Program-made: the position numbers and the translations under genes
In this document: positions 48,172-57,285 of the stretch, piece by piece
How the letters are laid out: the number at the start of each line of letters is the position of its first letter
How positions within the stretch are numbered: position 1 is the stretch's first letter
From: Candidatus Gottesmanbacteria bacterium
GTDB lineage: Bacteria; Patescibacteriota; Microgenomatia; UBA10105; UBA927
Direction of reading: 5' to 3'
Length of the DNA: 64,000 bases
Assembly: GCA_963701185.1 (NCBI GenBank)
Contig: OY969569.1
Location: forward strand, 34,865 to 98,864
The notes under the pieces: generated by a model
Databases searched by the model: none
What the model saw: only the letters and a program-made list of their open reading frames with translations
What the model was told of the DNA's origin: nothing

Positions 48172-51100
48172 ATGCAAAATATTTTTGACGACTATATTCA
48201 ATCAATTTCCTCTAAATTTTCCCATGAAGAAACTAGTGAAATGGGATACCGCACCGATTTTGAGATCTTAATCAAGGGGATTTTTGAATCAATTAACGTT
48301 AAGCGGATAGATCACGATGCGAAAGCTCAACAAGGGAATAAGCCGGATTTTGTTGTGCTCAATCACGACGTACCAATTCTTTATATCGAAGCAAAAGATA
48401 TTGGCGTATCTTTAGATAAAGTTGAGAAGTCTGAACAGATGAGCAGGTATTACGGATACGCAAATTTAATTCTTACGGATTACGTAGAGTTTCGTTTCTA
48501 TAGAAACGGTCAACGTTATGAAGATCCCATAAAGGTAGCAAATTATAAATTAAAAAATCGAACAATTACTCCTATTCCGGAAAATTATGAACATGCTTCA
48601 AAAACACTACTCGACTTCACGCAATCACATAAAGAGCCTATACGATCTGGTAAACATCTTTCAAAAATTATGGGTGGTAAAGCTCAAAGGATACGGGATA
48701 ATGTTCGATATTTTCTTTCTAGCGAGTCAGAAAAAAATGCTGAATTAGTGCGTGTTTATGAAACTATTAAAAAACTTCTGGTTCATGATCTTACACCAGA
48801 CACCTTTGCCGATATGTACGCGCAGACTCTCGTCTATGGTCTTTTTATCGCACGTTATTATGATGACTCACCAGATAATTTTACTCGTCAGGAAGCACGC
48901 GATCTTATACCGACGTCCAACCCACTTCTTAGACATTTTTTTGACCATATAGTGGGGCCAGATTTTGATAAACGGCTTGAGTATATCGTAAATGAGTTGT
49001 GTGAAGTTTTTTCTCACGCCAATATTCCAGAGCTAATGAGGGAATATTTCAAGGTTGATCTGTGGGGTAAGACGCATACGGGTCCGGATCCAGTCATTCA
49101 TTTTTATGAAGATTTTTTGAAAGAGTATGATGATGACCTGCGTAAAAAGATGGGTGCTTACTATACGCCATTACCAGTTGTGCAGTTTATTGTGCGCTCC
49201 GTTGATTATTTGCTAGAAAAAGAGTTCGGTCTTGCGGCTGGTTTAGCCGACACGTCTAAGACGGCATCTGGTGTTCACCGTGTTCAAATTCTTGATCCAG
49301 CCGTTGGGACAGGGACGTTTATAAGCGACGTTATAGGGAAAATCTATGCGCGGATATTGAAAGGTAGACAAGAAGGGCGTTGGCCAACATATGTGCACCA
49401 TGATTTACTTCCGCGTTTGCATGGTTTTGAACTGATGATGGCGCCGTATACGATAGCACATTTAAAACTGGGTATAGCTTTTAAACAAACCGGTTTTAAA
49501 TATTTCAATCGTCGTCTCGGTATTTACCTTACAAATTCTCTAGAAGGAGGACCTATACAGGGGGAAATGTTTACAGGCTTCGGTTTTGCAGAAAGCATTG
49601 CTGAAGAGGCAAAAGAAGCTTCAAAGATAAAAAATGAAAAGCCAATAATGGTTGTTGTTGGTAATCCGCCCTACAGCATTAGTTCCTCTAATAAAGGAGA
49701 GTGGATTTTAAATCTTATTAAGGACTATAAGAAAAATTTGCACGAACGGAAAATTAACCTTGACGACGATTATATAAAATTTATTCGTTTTGCCGAGCAT
49801 TTCGTAGAGAAGAACGGAAGCGGTGTCGTGGCGATGATTACCAATAATTCATTCGTTGATGGTATTACTCACCGTCAGATGAGAAAGCATCTACTCGAAA
49901 CATTTGACGATATTTATATACTTAACCTTCATGGCAGTTCTAAGAAAAAAGAAATAGCCCCCGATGGTGGTAAAGACGAGAATGTTTTTGACATTCAGCA
50001 AGGTGTTGCTATATCGATGTTTGTGCGTAAAGAAAAAGAGAAGAAAGGTCTTGGAATAGTTCACTACTCTGAAATTTATGGAAAGAGAGATGATAAATTC
50101 AAGGCCCTTGATGAAAGTAATTTACAAAAGATTAATTGGAAAAGTCTTGATTATTCAGAGCCGTATTATTTCTTTGCGCCAAAGGATTTCAGCGCAAATG
50201 AAGAATATAAGAAAGGATTTAAATTGGCCGATCTTTTTATGAACTACAATACTGGCATACAAACCAAAAGAGATAATTTGACTATCCAATTCGATGAAAG
50301 AAGTATTGAACAGGCAAAAGACGATCTAATTAATTTAGATGACAAAGCTCTTAGATTAAAGTATCGGCTTCCTGCTGATGGGAGGGATTGGACAATAGAA
50401 TCAGCTCGTAAAGATCTTATTAAAAATGACCCAGTAGTAGAGCGCATTCTTTATAGGCCCTTCGATACAAGATATACTTTATATACAGGTAAAACTAAAG
50501 GTTTTCTTGCTTATCCAAGGTCTGAAACATCAAGACACTTAATTGGTAAAGAAAATATCTCCCTCATTACTCTTCGATTAAATGGAGAAAATGAAAAATT
50601 TGTAATTCTGCAGACAAAATATTTAATAGAAAAAGGGTCTCTTGCCTCAGGAAATTATTCCTTTTTTCCTTTATATTTATACGAAGATGGTGGATTAAAA
50701 ATAACAAATCTCAAAAAAGAAATTATCGACGAGATAGAAAAAATCGTTGGAAAAGTTTCTCCGGAAGACATTTTTGATTACATTTACGCCGTTCTTCATT
50801 CGCCAAGATATCGAGAAAAATACAAGGAATTTCTAAAAATAGATTTTCCGCGTGTGCAGTATCCGAAAAACGTCGAAAGTTTCAAAAAACTCGTTTCCTT
50901 CGGAGCAGAGTTGCGCTCACTTCACCTTCTCGAATCACCGAAAGTAAACCAATTAATCACGACTTATCCTGTGGCCGGATCAGACATGATTGAAAAGTTA
51001 ACTTATAAAGACGGCAAGGTGTTTATCAATAAAGACCAGTATTTTGGCGATGTTCCAGGATTAGCATGGAATTTCTACATCGGCGGCTATCAGCCTGCAC

Positions 51101-51231
51101 AAAAGTGGCTTAAAGATCGCAAGAATAGAGTTCTAACTAACGCAGACATTGAACACTATCAGAAAATGATTGTTGCGTTGGCGGAGACGGGAAGAATTAT
51201 GAAGAAAATAGATCTAATTGCACAATTTTGA
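48172..51231 (+). CDS. Type IIG (MmeI-like) restriction-modification enzyme, fused endonuclease and N6-adenine methyltransferase
   Basis: N-terminal PD-(D/E)xK-like D..KPDFVV..IEAKDIG resembling MmeI; methyltransferase motif I (LDPAVGTGTF) and motif IV VGNPPYS; long C-terminal target-recognition region; 1019 aa. Confidence 0.8.
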   Translation: MQNIFDDYIQSISSKFSHEETSEMGYRTDFEILIKGIFESINVKRIDHDAKAQQGNKPDFVVLNHDVPILYIEAKDIGVSLDKVEKSEQMSRYYGYANLILTDYVEFRFYRNGQRYEDPIKVANYKLKNRTITPIPENYEHASKTLLDFTQSHKEPIRSGKHLSKIMGGKAQRIRDNVRYFLSSESEKNAELVRVYETIKKLLVHDLTPDTFADMYAQTLVYGLFIARYYDDSPDNFTRQEARDLIPTSNPLLRHFFDHIVGPDFDKRLEYIVNELCEVFSHANIPELMREYFKVDLWGKTHTGPDPVIHFYEDFLKEYDDDLRKKMGAYYTPLPVVQFIVRSVDYLLEKEFGLAAGLADTSKTASGVHRVQILDPAVGTGTFISDVIGKIYARILKGRQEGRWPTYVHHDLLPRLHGFELMMAPYTIAHLKLGIAFKQTGFKYFNRRLGIYLTNSLEGGPIQGEMFTGFGFAESIAEEAKEASKIKNEKPIMVVVGNPPYSISSSNKGEWILNLIKDYKKNLHERKINLDDDYIKFIRFAEHFVEKNGSGVVAMITNNSFVDGITHRQMRKHLLETFDDIYILNLHGSSKKKEIAPDGGKDENVFDIQQGVAISMFVRKEKEKKGLGIVHYSEIYGKRDDKFKALDESNLQKINWKSLDYSEPYYFFAPKDFSANEEYKKGFKLADLFMNYNTGIQTKRDNLTIQFDERSIEQAKDDLINLDDKALRLKYRLPADGRDWTIESARKDLIKNDPVVERILYRPFDTRYTLYTGKTKGFLAYPRSETSRHLIGKENISLITLRLNGENEKFVILQTKYLIEKGSLASGNYSFFPLYLYEDGGLKITNLKKEIIDEIEKIVGKVSPEDIFDYIYAVLHSPRYREKYKEFLKIDFPRVQYPKNVESFKKLVSFGAELRSLHLLESPKVNQLITTYPVAGSDMIEKLTYKDGKVFINKDQYFGDVPGLAWNFYIGGYQPAQKWLKDRKNRVLTNADIEHYQKMIVALAETGRIMKKIDLIAQF

Positions 51232-51252
51232 GTATTAAAAATAGGAAGTAAA

Positions 51253-51462
51253 ATGATTAGACAACCGGTTACATCATCAGATTTAGCAAGTGTTGGATAC
51301 GATAATGAAGGAAAGATTCTTGAGATAGAATTTAATTCTGGTCAGGTCTATCAATATTTTGCTGTTCCAGAATATATTTATGAGGGCTTGATGAACGCGA
51401 CTTCTCATGGAAAGTATTTTAATCAGGAGATAAAAGATAACTATCAATTTCAAAAACTTTAA
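51253..51462 (+). CDS. KTSC domain protein
   Basis: [49 protein letters not shown] matches the KTSC domain pattern. Confidence 0.6.
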   Translation: MIRQPVTSSDLASVGYDNEGKILEIEFNSGQVYQYFAVPEYIYEGLMNATSHGKYFNQEIKDNYQFQKL

Positions 51463-51463
51463 A

Positions 51464-53086
51464 ATGAGGATAAGAACAGTTGTAATAAAGAATTATAAAT
51501 GCATAGGTCCTGATCAAATCACAATTGATTTTTCTGAAAATATTGTTGTTTTAATTGGTGAAAACAACGTGGGAAAATCGGCAATTTTAGGCGCGTTAGA
51601 TTATTTTTTCTCCGGAATTAAAACATTGCCACCTGAGCATTTTTATAACAAGCAGAACGATTTTGAGCATGCGATTACAATCACGATTACCTTTTGCGAT
51701 TTGACTCCTGGAGACAAAGCGCATCAAGCTGTTAGTCCCTATATAACGACCCAAGGAAGCGAAAAGCTATGGATATTAAGGAAAGTCTATTACTACGATG
51801 CCGATGGTAAATCTAATTGCGATCACATAGCTATTGTTAACGGTGAAGAGAAAAGAAATCCGGCAGGATTAACTCAAAATCCAAACGATTTATTTACGGA
51901 GGAGAAGATGCAAAAAATATTTATTGAAGCCGTAAAGGACGTTAAAGAAGTGGTCGACGGCGGGCCAAAAACCCCGTTTAATCAAATATTTAATTTAATT
52001 TTAAGAGAAGATTTAGAACAAACCCCACAATACGCAACACTTTTGTCAGCATTAACAGCCTATGGGCAATTATTCCAAGGAGCTACGCAATTAACTAAAA
52101 TAAAGGATTTGGAAACGTCTATAACACAAAAGTTATCACGAACAATAATTGCGACAAGTAAGATTAAGGCAGAGTCTCCAAAAGCTGATAAATTACTTCC
52201 GATACCAAAGTTGACAACGAATGACGGTAGAATAATTGATGTTGATCCGTCCGAACAAGGACATGGTTTACAAAGATCAATAATATTTGCGTTGCTTGAA
52301 ATGTTAGCAGAAACAAATAGCCCGATAGACAAAGATGTTGGGCCTAATAACTTATTACTTATTGAAGAACCAGAAATATATATGCATCCCCAAATGGAAC
52401 GAAAAATCGCAGATACTCTATATGAGATTGCATCATCCGGAAAGGCTCAGGTAATATGTACGACACATTCTCCGATTTTTATTAGAATTGCGGATAAACA
52501 CAAAGCTATGGTTAGATTAGTAAGAAATGATGATGTTTTGAAGGCCATTCAAAGAAGTGATGTTTTTTCTGGGGATGACAGAGAGGAAAAAAGAAAGCAA
52601 TTAAGGATGATTACTAATTTTGACCCCACCGTTAACGAAATATTTTTTGCTAAAAGAATTGTTTTAGTAGAGGGTGATACAGAAGTAGCGGTATTTAGGG
52701 AGGCTGCAGAATTATTGAATTATTTTGAATCAGAAGTGAATAAACATAAAAAAAGAGATACAACATTTGTAAATTGCAGAGGCAAATGGACGATTAATTT
52801 ATTCCAAGAAGTGTTGAATCATTTTGATATTGATTATGTTGTTATTCATGATAAGGATGGTGAGGCTCTTGATGAGGGCGCAAATGGGAAGATTTTAACT
52901 TTGTTGAGCAATATTGAGGATAGACGTAGGTATTTTGATGATAAAATTGAAACAGTAATTGGGATAAGAGATGTTGGAAGCGAGAAACCAATTAGGGCTC
53001 TTGAACGAATTAATCAACTTCATGATGAGGGTGGTTTAGAACATGCGTTTGGAAGTTTTATAAAATTCGCATATGATATAGTTTAG
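51464..53086 (+). CDS. OLD-family ATP-dependent endonuclease (AAA_15/21 ATPase plus TOPRIM)
   Basis: Walker A GENNVGKS, ICTTHSP H-loop-like segment, C-terminal TOPRIM (RIVLVEGDTE ... HDKDGE, DxD). Confidence 0.75.
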   Translation: MRIRTVVIKNYKCIGPDQITIDFSENIVVLIGENNVGKSAILGALDYFFSGIKTLPPEHFYNKQNDFEHAITITITFCDLTPGDKAHQAVSPYITTQGSEKLWILRKVYYYDADGKSNCDHIAIVNGEEKRNPAGLTQNPNDLFTEEKMQKIFIEAVKDVKEVVDGGPKTPFNQIFNLILREDLEQTPQYATLLSALTAYGQLFQGATQLTKIKDLETSITQKLSRTIIATSKIKAESPKADKLLPIPKLTTNDGRIIDVDPSEQGHGLQRSIIFALLEMLAETNSPIDKDVGPNNLLLIEEPEIYMHPQMERKIADTLYEIASSGKAQVICTTHSPIFIRIADKHKAMVRLVRNDDVLKAIQRSDVFSGDDREEKRKQLRMITNFDPTVNEIFFAKRIVLVEGDTEVAVFREAAELLNYFESEVNKHKKRDTTFVNCRGKWTINLFQEVLNHFDIDYVVIHDKDGEALDEGANGKILTLLSNIEDRRRYFDDKIETVIGIRDVGSEKPIRALERINQLHDEGGLEHAFGSFIKFAYDIV

Positions 53087-53090
53087 TCGC

Positions 53091-53849
53091 ATGTCTCAAT
53101 ACTACAATCCCCATCGCGTAAAGAATAAGTATGAGGAGGGTGCAACTGAGTTGTTCAGGCTCAGCCGGTCGAAGGTGGATCTGTTTATCAACTGCCCGAG
53201 GTGCTTTTATCTGGACCGCAAGCTTGGGGTGGGGCAGCCGCCGGGGTATCCGTTTTCGCTTAATTCAGCCGTTGATAAGCTCTTGAAGAAAGAATTTGAT
53301 ATCCACCGGGCGAAGGGGACGCGGCATCCCTTGATGGAGCATTACGGCATTGATGCGATACCGCTTGCGCATGAAAAGATGAATGAGTGGCGCGATGCGC
53401 TGCGCGGGGGGATTACGTTTCAGATTGAAGGATCGAACGTAGTCGTGACCGGAGGAGTTGATGACGTGTGGTTGGCGCCTAACGGAGAGTATTATATCGT
53501 CGATTACAAAGCGACGTCCAAGGATGCGGAGGTCACGCTGGATGCTGACTGGCAAATAGGCTACAAGCGGCAGATGGAAATATACCAGTGGCTGTTCCGG
53601 AAGAACGGATTTCGGGTGTCCGATACCGGATATTTTGTGTATTGCAACGGGAATACCGACAAGAAGGCGTTTGACGGGAAATTGGAGTTTGATATCAAAA
53701 TTATTCCCTACGTTGGCGACGATTCGTGGGTTGCGGGAACGATCCATGATGCGATTAAATGCTTGCAAAGCGAGCACTTACCTGCGTCGGGGGCGGATTG
53801 TGATTATTGCAAATACAGGAAAGCGGTACGGCCGTTTGAAACTGCCTAA
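53091..53849 (+). CDS. Cas4/RecB-like PD-(D/E)xK nuclease with Fe-S cysteines
   Basis: N-terminal CPRC, core VDDVW...IVDYKAT (D..D/E-x-K), C-terminal C-x12-C-x2-C (CLQSEH..ADCDYC); GC about 52%, unlike its AT-rich neighbours. Confidence 0.6.
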   Translation: MSQYYNPHRVKNKYEEGATELFRLSRSKVDLFINCPRCFYLDRKLGVGQPPGYPFSLNSAVDKLLKKEFDIHRAKGTRHPLMEHYGIDAIPLAHEKMNEWRDALRGGITFQIEGSNVVVTGGVDDVWLAPNGEYYIVDYKATSKDAEVTLDADWQIGYKRQMEIYQWLFRKNGFRVSDTGYFVYCNGNTDKKAFDGKLEFDIKIIPYVGDDSWVAGTIHDAIKCLQSEHLPASGADCDYCKYRKAVRPFETA

Positions 53850-53883
53850 CCTATCTCTATATTTTTATCCGCATTTTGGTATC

Positions 53884-54516
53884 ATGTTGGTAATGCTCGT
53901 ATTTATTGATGATTCAGGAGATCCCGGATTTAAACTCGATAGAGGTTCCAGCCCCGTCTTTGTTATTTCCCTCACCATTATTGATGATAATTTGGAAGCA
54001 GAAAAAACATCGGTTGCGATAAAAGAGTTGCGCCGGAAATTGAAAGTACATGATGCATATGAGTTTAAGTTTAATAATTGCCATAAACGTTTCAAGAATG
54101 CATTTTTTTCTGCAGTATTACCGTTTATCTTTCGTGTCCGGGCGATAGTGGTAAAAAAATCCGTCATACGAAGTACGCATCTGCAAACTCATAAAGAAAA
54201 TTTTTATAACTATATTGTGATGCAGGTATTGAAACATAGTGTTGGTTCCGTCAAATCAGCGAGGTTAAAGTTTGATAAACGCGGTGAAAAAGCGCTTCGT
54301 AACGAGTTGCGGGTGTATTTGAGTTCAGAACTTGATAATAAACATAAGAATGTATTTACCGACTTCAAATTTGTTGATTCAAAACAAAACACACTTATTC
54401 AACTTGCGGATATGATAGCAGGTGCAATATTTGCGGCGTATTCGCGAAAAGACTCATCCTATGTTAATAAATTGCGGAAAGCGAAAAAGATTGAGGATAT
54501 TTGGGAGTTTCGATAA
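53884..54516 (+). CDS. DUF3800 family protein
   Basis: MLVMLVFIDDSGDPG N-terminus and QLADMIAGA motif characteristic of DUF3800. Confidence 0.6.
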   Translation: MLVMLVFIDDSGDPGFKLDRGSSPVFVISLTIIDDNLEAEKTSVAIKELRRKLKVHDAYEFKFNNCHKRFKNAFFSAVLPFIFRVRAIVVKKSVIRSTHLQTHKENFYNYIVMQVLKHSVGSVKSARLKFDKRGEKALRNELRVYLSSELDNKHKNVFTDFKFVDSKQNTLIQLADMIAGAIFAAYSRKDSSYVNKLRKAKKIEDIWEFR

Positions 54517-54681
54517 AAAAATCGACCCTCATTCCTATCCAAACGTTAGTTTGGAACGCGCACCATACGGTGACAATTCGGAATAAGGGTCTTTGTATAT
54601 GTAGTATAGCACGATTGTTACGACGTATCCACTTTGGGTTATTGTAACAATATATCTGTATACTTGACACAAGTTTGGGGA

Positions 54682-55119
54682 TTAATAGATAAATGGAATA
54701 AGGCGGCGGGTGCGGGATTTGTACTCCGAATAGCCTTTGAATTTAACAGGAAGGAGTTGTTCTTCGACTGATATTTTCTTCAGCAGTACCACGGTTTCAA
54801 GAAGAAATATTGTGAACCGCACCCACGTAAAGGAATCCAACACCAGCGCCCCAAAACCGAAAATGAGTGCCGTGTACATGGGATTGCGGATGAAGCGGTA
54901 GGGGCCGGTTGAGAGAAGATGAGCATTGCGGGCCGGTTCGGGGTCAACGCGGAACGTGCTTTTCCTCAGCATCGTCGTCACCGCCCATGCGCCCAGGGCG
55001 ATGGCCAGAAGTTCGATACCCAGAAGATAAATGTTTTTTGCCACAAGCGGGCCGGAGATAAGGAAAAGGAGAATGAATAATTTTTGTAAAAATACAAGTA
55101 ACGATGACTTATATTTCAT
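54682..55119 (-). CDS. Isoprenylcysteine carboxyl methyltransferase (ICMT/PEMT) family membrane protein
   Basis: Multi-TM; GPYRFIRNPMYTALIF (RHPxY-like) motif. Confidence 0.7.
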   Translation of the reverse strand: MKYKSSLLVFLQKLFILLFLISGPLVAKNIYLLGIELLAIALGAWAVTTMLRKSTFRVDPEPARNAHLLSTGPYRFIRNPMYTALIFGFGALVLDSFTWVRFTIFLLETVVLLKKISVEEQLLPVKFKGYSEYKSRTRRLIPFIY

Positions 55120-55154
55120 CCTACACTAAGGATACCACGTTCGTGTACACTGAT

Positions 55155-55385
55155 AGTATGGAAAATCAGATAACGATTGCGGTGTGGGTGATCGCAATCC
55201 TCGTAAGTTTCGTTCCCATGCCCCTGATGTATAAAATCATCGGGATTATCGCTTGTATCATCCTGATCGCGTGGATGACGTATATGGCGCACCGGAATAA
55301 CCGTTTGTCCGCGTTGTCGCTCGTTATTAACCTCCTTATCATCGGCTGGGATCTGGCCGTCGTCTACATGGCGCTGACCCGGTAA
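55155..55385 (+). CDS. Small membrane protein, hypothetical
   Basis: Two TM helices; start uncertain (ORF begins 55104). Confidence 0.35.
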   Translation, partial: SMENQITIAVWVIAILVSFVPMPLMYKIIGIIACIILIAWMTYMAHRNNRLSALSLVINLLIIGWDLAVVYMALTR

Positions 55386-55439
55386 GCCGGACGCCGATAT
55401 CCGATTATTTACACGGAATAGACCGGCGGATATAATGAA

Positions 55440-55856
55440 ATGACAATGGCCATGCAACCTGCGCCTGTAAAAAAGATACTTATCGTCGAGGATGACAAGT
55501 ATCTGCGTGATTTGTACATCGAAATTCTTGAAGATGAAGGATTTTTTGTAGAAAACGCCGCAGACGGCGAAGAAGGGTATAAAAAAATCTTTCATGGCGG
55601 ATACGACCTGGTGCTTCTGGACCTCATGCTCCCCAAGATGGACGGATTGACGATACTGCAGAAGATTCAGAAGGAAACGCTGCCGATACAACCGAACAAA
55701 ATGATTGTTGTCCTTTCCAATCTCGGACAGGAGACAACAGTTGCCAAAGCCATCGCTCTCGGTGCGCGGGCATACATGATTAAAAGCGACTATTCACCAA
55801 ATCAGGTTATTTACAAGATCAAGAAATACCTTGCATCAGTCCCAGCGGCAGAGTAA
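55440..55856 (+). CDS. Single-domain response regulator (CheY-like receiver)
   Basis: KKILIVEDD, phospho-acceptor LLDLMLP, conserved Lys region; no output domain. Confidence 0.8.
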   Translation: MTMAMQPAPVKKILIVEDDKYLRDLYIEILEDEGFFVENAADGEEGYKKIFHGGYDLVLLDLMLPKMDGLTILQKIQKETLPIQPNKMIVVLSNLGQETTVAKAIALGARAYMIKSDYSPNQVIYKIKKYLASVPAAE

Positions 55857-57084
55857 ACGCAAATGTGGTGCCAAACCCAGGTTCACTTTTAACGAGTGCA
55901 ACATCTCCCCGCATAAGTTGAGCCAATTTTTTGGATATATAAAGGCCCAAACCGGTGCTCTTCGTCGGAACCAGCGGGTGAGTTTCCTTGATTTGCCCGA
56001 AGCGTTTGAACAGTAAGCCCTGCGATTCCCGTGATATGCCGCTGCCGGTATCCGTTATTGTCGTCGCGAAGGTTGAGCCCGTGATTGCATGCGTTATGGT
56101 CACTCCGCCACGAATCGTATACTTCAGGCCATTCCCAATCAGATTCGATAACACTTCTGCCGCCTTTGTACGATCCGCAACCACCATACGCTCGGAAATA
56201 TTTATTTCGTGATGAACATACAGATTACGTTCGCGGGCCAAGAGCGCAAGATTGTCAATGACCTCGTCGGTAAGGGTGACAATATCAAACTTCTCGGCTT
56301 TTATTTCTAGCCTGCCCTGATCAATCCGTGAAATGTCTAGGAACTCATTGACGAGTCGTACCAGATGCTCCGATGTTTCATCGGTCCTTCGCAAGTGTTC
56401 TATAATTTTTTCCCGCGGCAAGATCTCAAATTTCTCCAAAAGAAGCGATACAGTCATCCGGATAATGGTAAGCGGTGTACGCAGTTCGTGGGCCGCGGCA
56501 GAAAAGAATGCCTGTTCTTCTCTCACCCGGGCCGCCTGTTTACTGTTGTCCTCGAACATAAATATAACAGCTGCGACCATCTGACCCGTCATGAGGGGTA
56601 GTATTGTACCGCTCACGGGGAATGCCCCGCGCTGGCTGACCAACTCACTATTGTCAGGCAAATGCTGTGTTTTTCCGGCAAAGGCTGCTTCAAACAATGC
56701 ATAATTATCCGCCTCACCCGCTGCGCGAATATGAAACACCTCTTTGTACGACATCCCCACCTCGGTAGCAAAATCCAGGAATTTTTTTGCCTGTTCATTC
56801 ATGAGTCTCACAACACGGTTCTGATCTATAATGATCACGGCACGGTCCATCTGGGTAATAACGAGACCGGCGTATTTTTCGTACTCGCTGGCGCCCTGCA
56901 CGGTTTTGAATTTTTCAGCCTCTAACCCTGCCTGTGTTTTAGCTGCGGCAAGATCGCGTTTCAAGCTTTTGATTTGGTTTTCATACTGTTTCTTTTTACG
57001 GTGCTGCAAGAACAGTATTATTCCCACTGAGGCAAGCGCAAAAAATAGAAAAATACCCAGAATATAGAGAAGGATGAAGGACAT
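55819..57084 (-). CDS. Sensor histidine kinase
   Basis: N-terminal TM, H-box AAHELRTPLT, HATPase_c with GTGLGLYISKKL G2 box; converges on and overlaps the response regulator by 38 bp. Confidence 0.85.
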   Translation of the reverse strand: MSFILLYILGIFLFFALASVGIILFLQHRKKKQYENQIKSLKRDLAAAKTQAGLEAEKFKTVQGASEYEKYAGLVITQMDRAVIIIDQNRVVRLMNEQAKKFLDFATEVGMSYKEVFHIRAAGEADNYALFEAAFAGKTQHLPDNSELVSQRGAFPVSGTILPLMTGQMVAAVIFMFEDNSKQAARVREEQAFFSAAAHELRTPLTIIRMTVSLLLEKFEILPREKIIEHLRRTDETSEHLVRLVNEFLDISRIDQGRLEIKAEKFDIVTLTDEVIDNLALLARERNLYVHHEINISERMVVADRTKAAEVLSNLIGNGLKYTIRGGVTITHAITGSTFATTITDTGSGISRESQGLLFKRFGQIKETHPLVPTKSTGLGLYISKKLAQLMRGDVALVKSEPGFGTTFAFTLPLGLMQGIS

Positions 57085-57186
57085 AGTACCGCGTAAGGGA
57101 GTCGGACCCTTGTTGATAGATTGAGAATCTACCGTACTAACCGTTATACGAACGCGGCGACTGAAGCTAATTTTACCAGCTTAGTC

Positions 57187-57215
57187 TTGACATAGCAACA
57201 CAAATAGGGTACAAT
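57187..57215 (+). promoter_or_regulatory. Sigma70-like promoter (TTGACA, 17 nt, TACAAT) upstream of greA copy 2
   Basis: Consensus -35 with exact 17-bp spacer. Confidence 0.55.
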
Positions 57216-57235
57216 TTTTTAGTATTTATTAACCG

Positions 57236-57273
57236 CTCCCTAGATCCTATCCGACCGTAGGGAGGTTTTTTTT
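57236..57273 (+). promoter_or_regulatory. Leader hairpin plus T8 (terminator-like) between the promoter and the greA-2 ATG
   Basis: CTCCCTA-15 nt-TAGGGAG stem followed by TTTTTTTT; the 3' arm overlaps a strong SD-like AGGGAGG that sits 20 nt from the ATG. Confidence 0.4.
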
Positions 57274-57285
57274 GATTAGAGATTT

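Noticed and set aside
54517-54681. 12-bp imperfect inverted repeat (GACCCTCATTCC...GGAATAAGGGTC) and ATTGTTAC...GTAACAAT inverted repeat after the DUF3800 gene as island terminal repeats
   Set aside because: There is no matching repeat at the left island boundary (46969-47128). More likely a terminator or operator; noted under the DUF3800 finding only.
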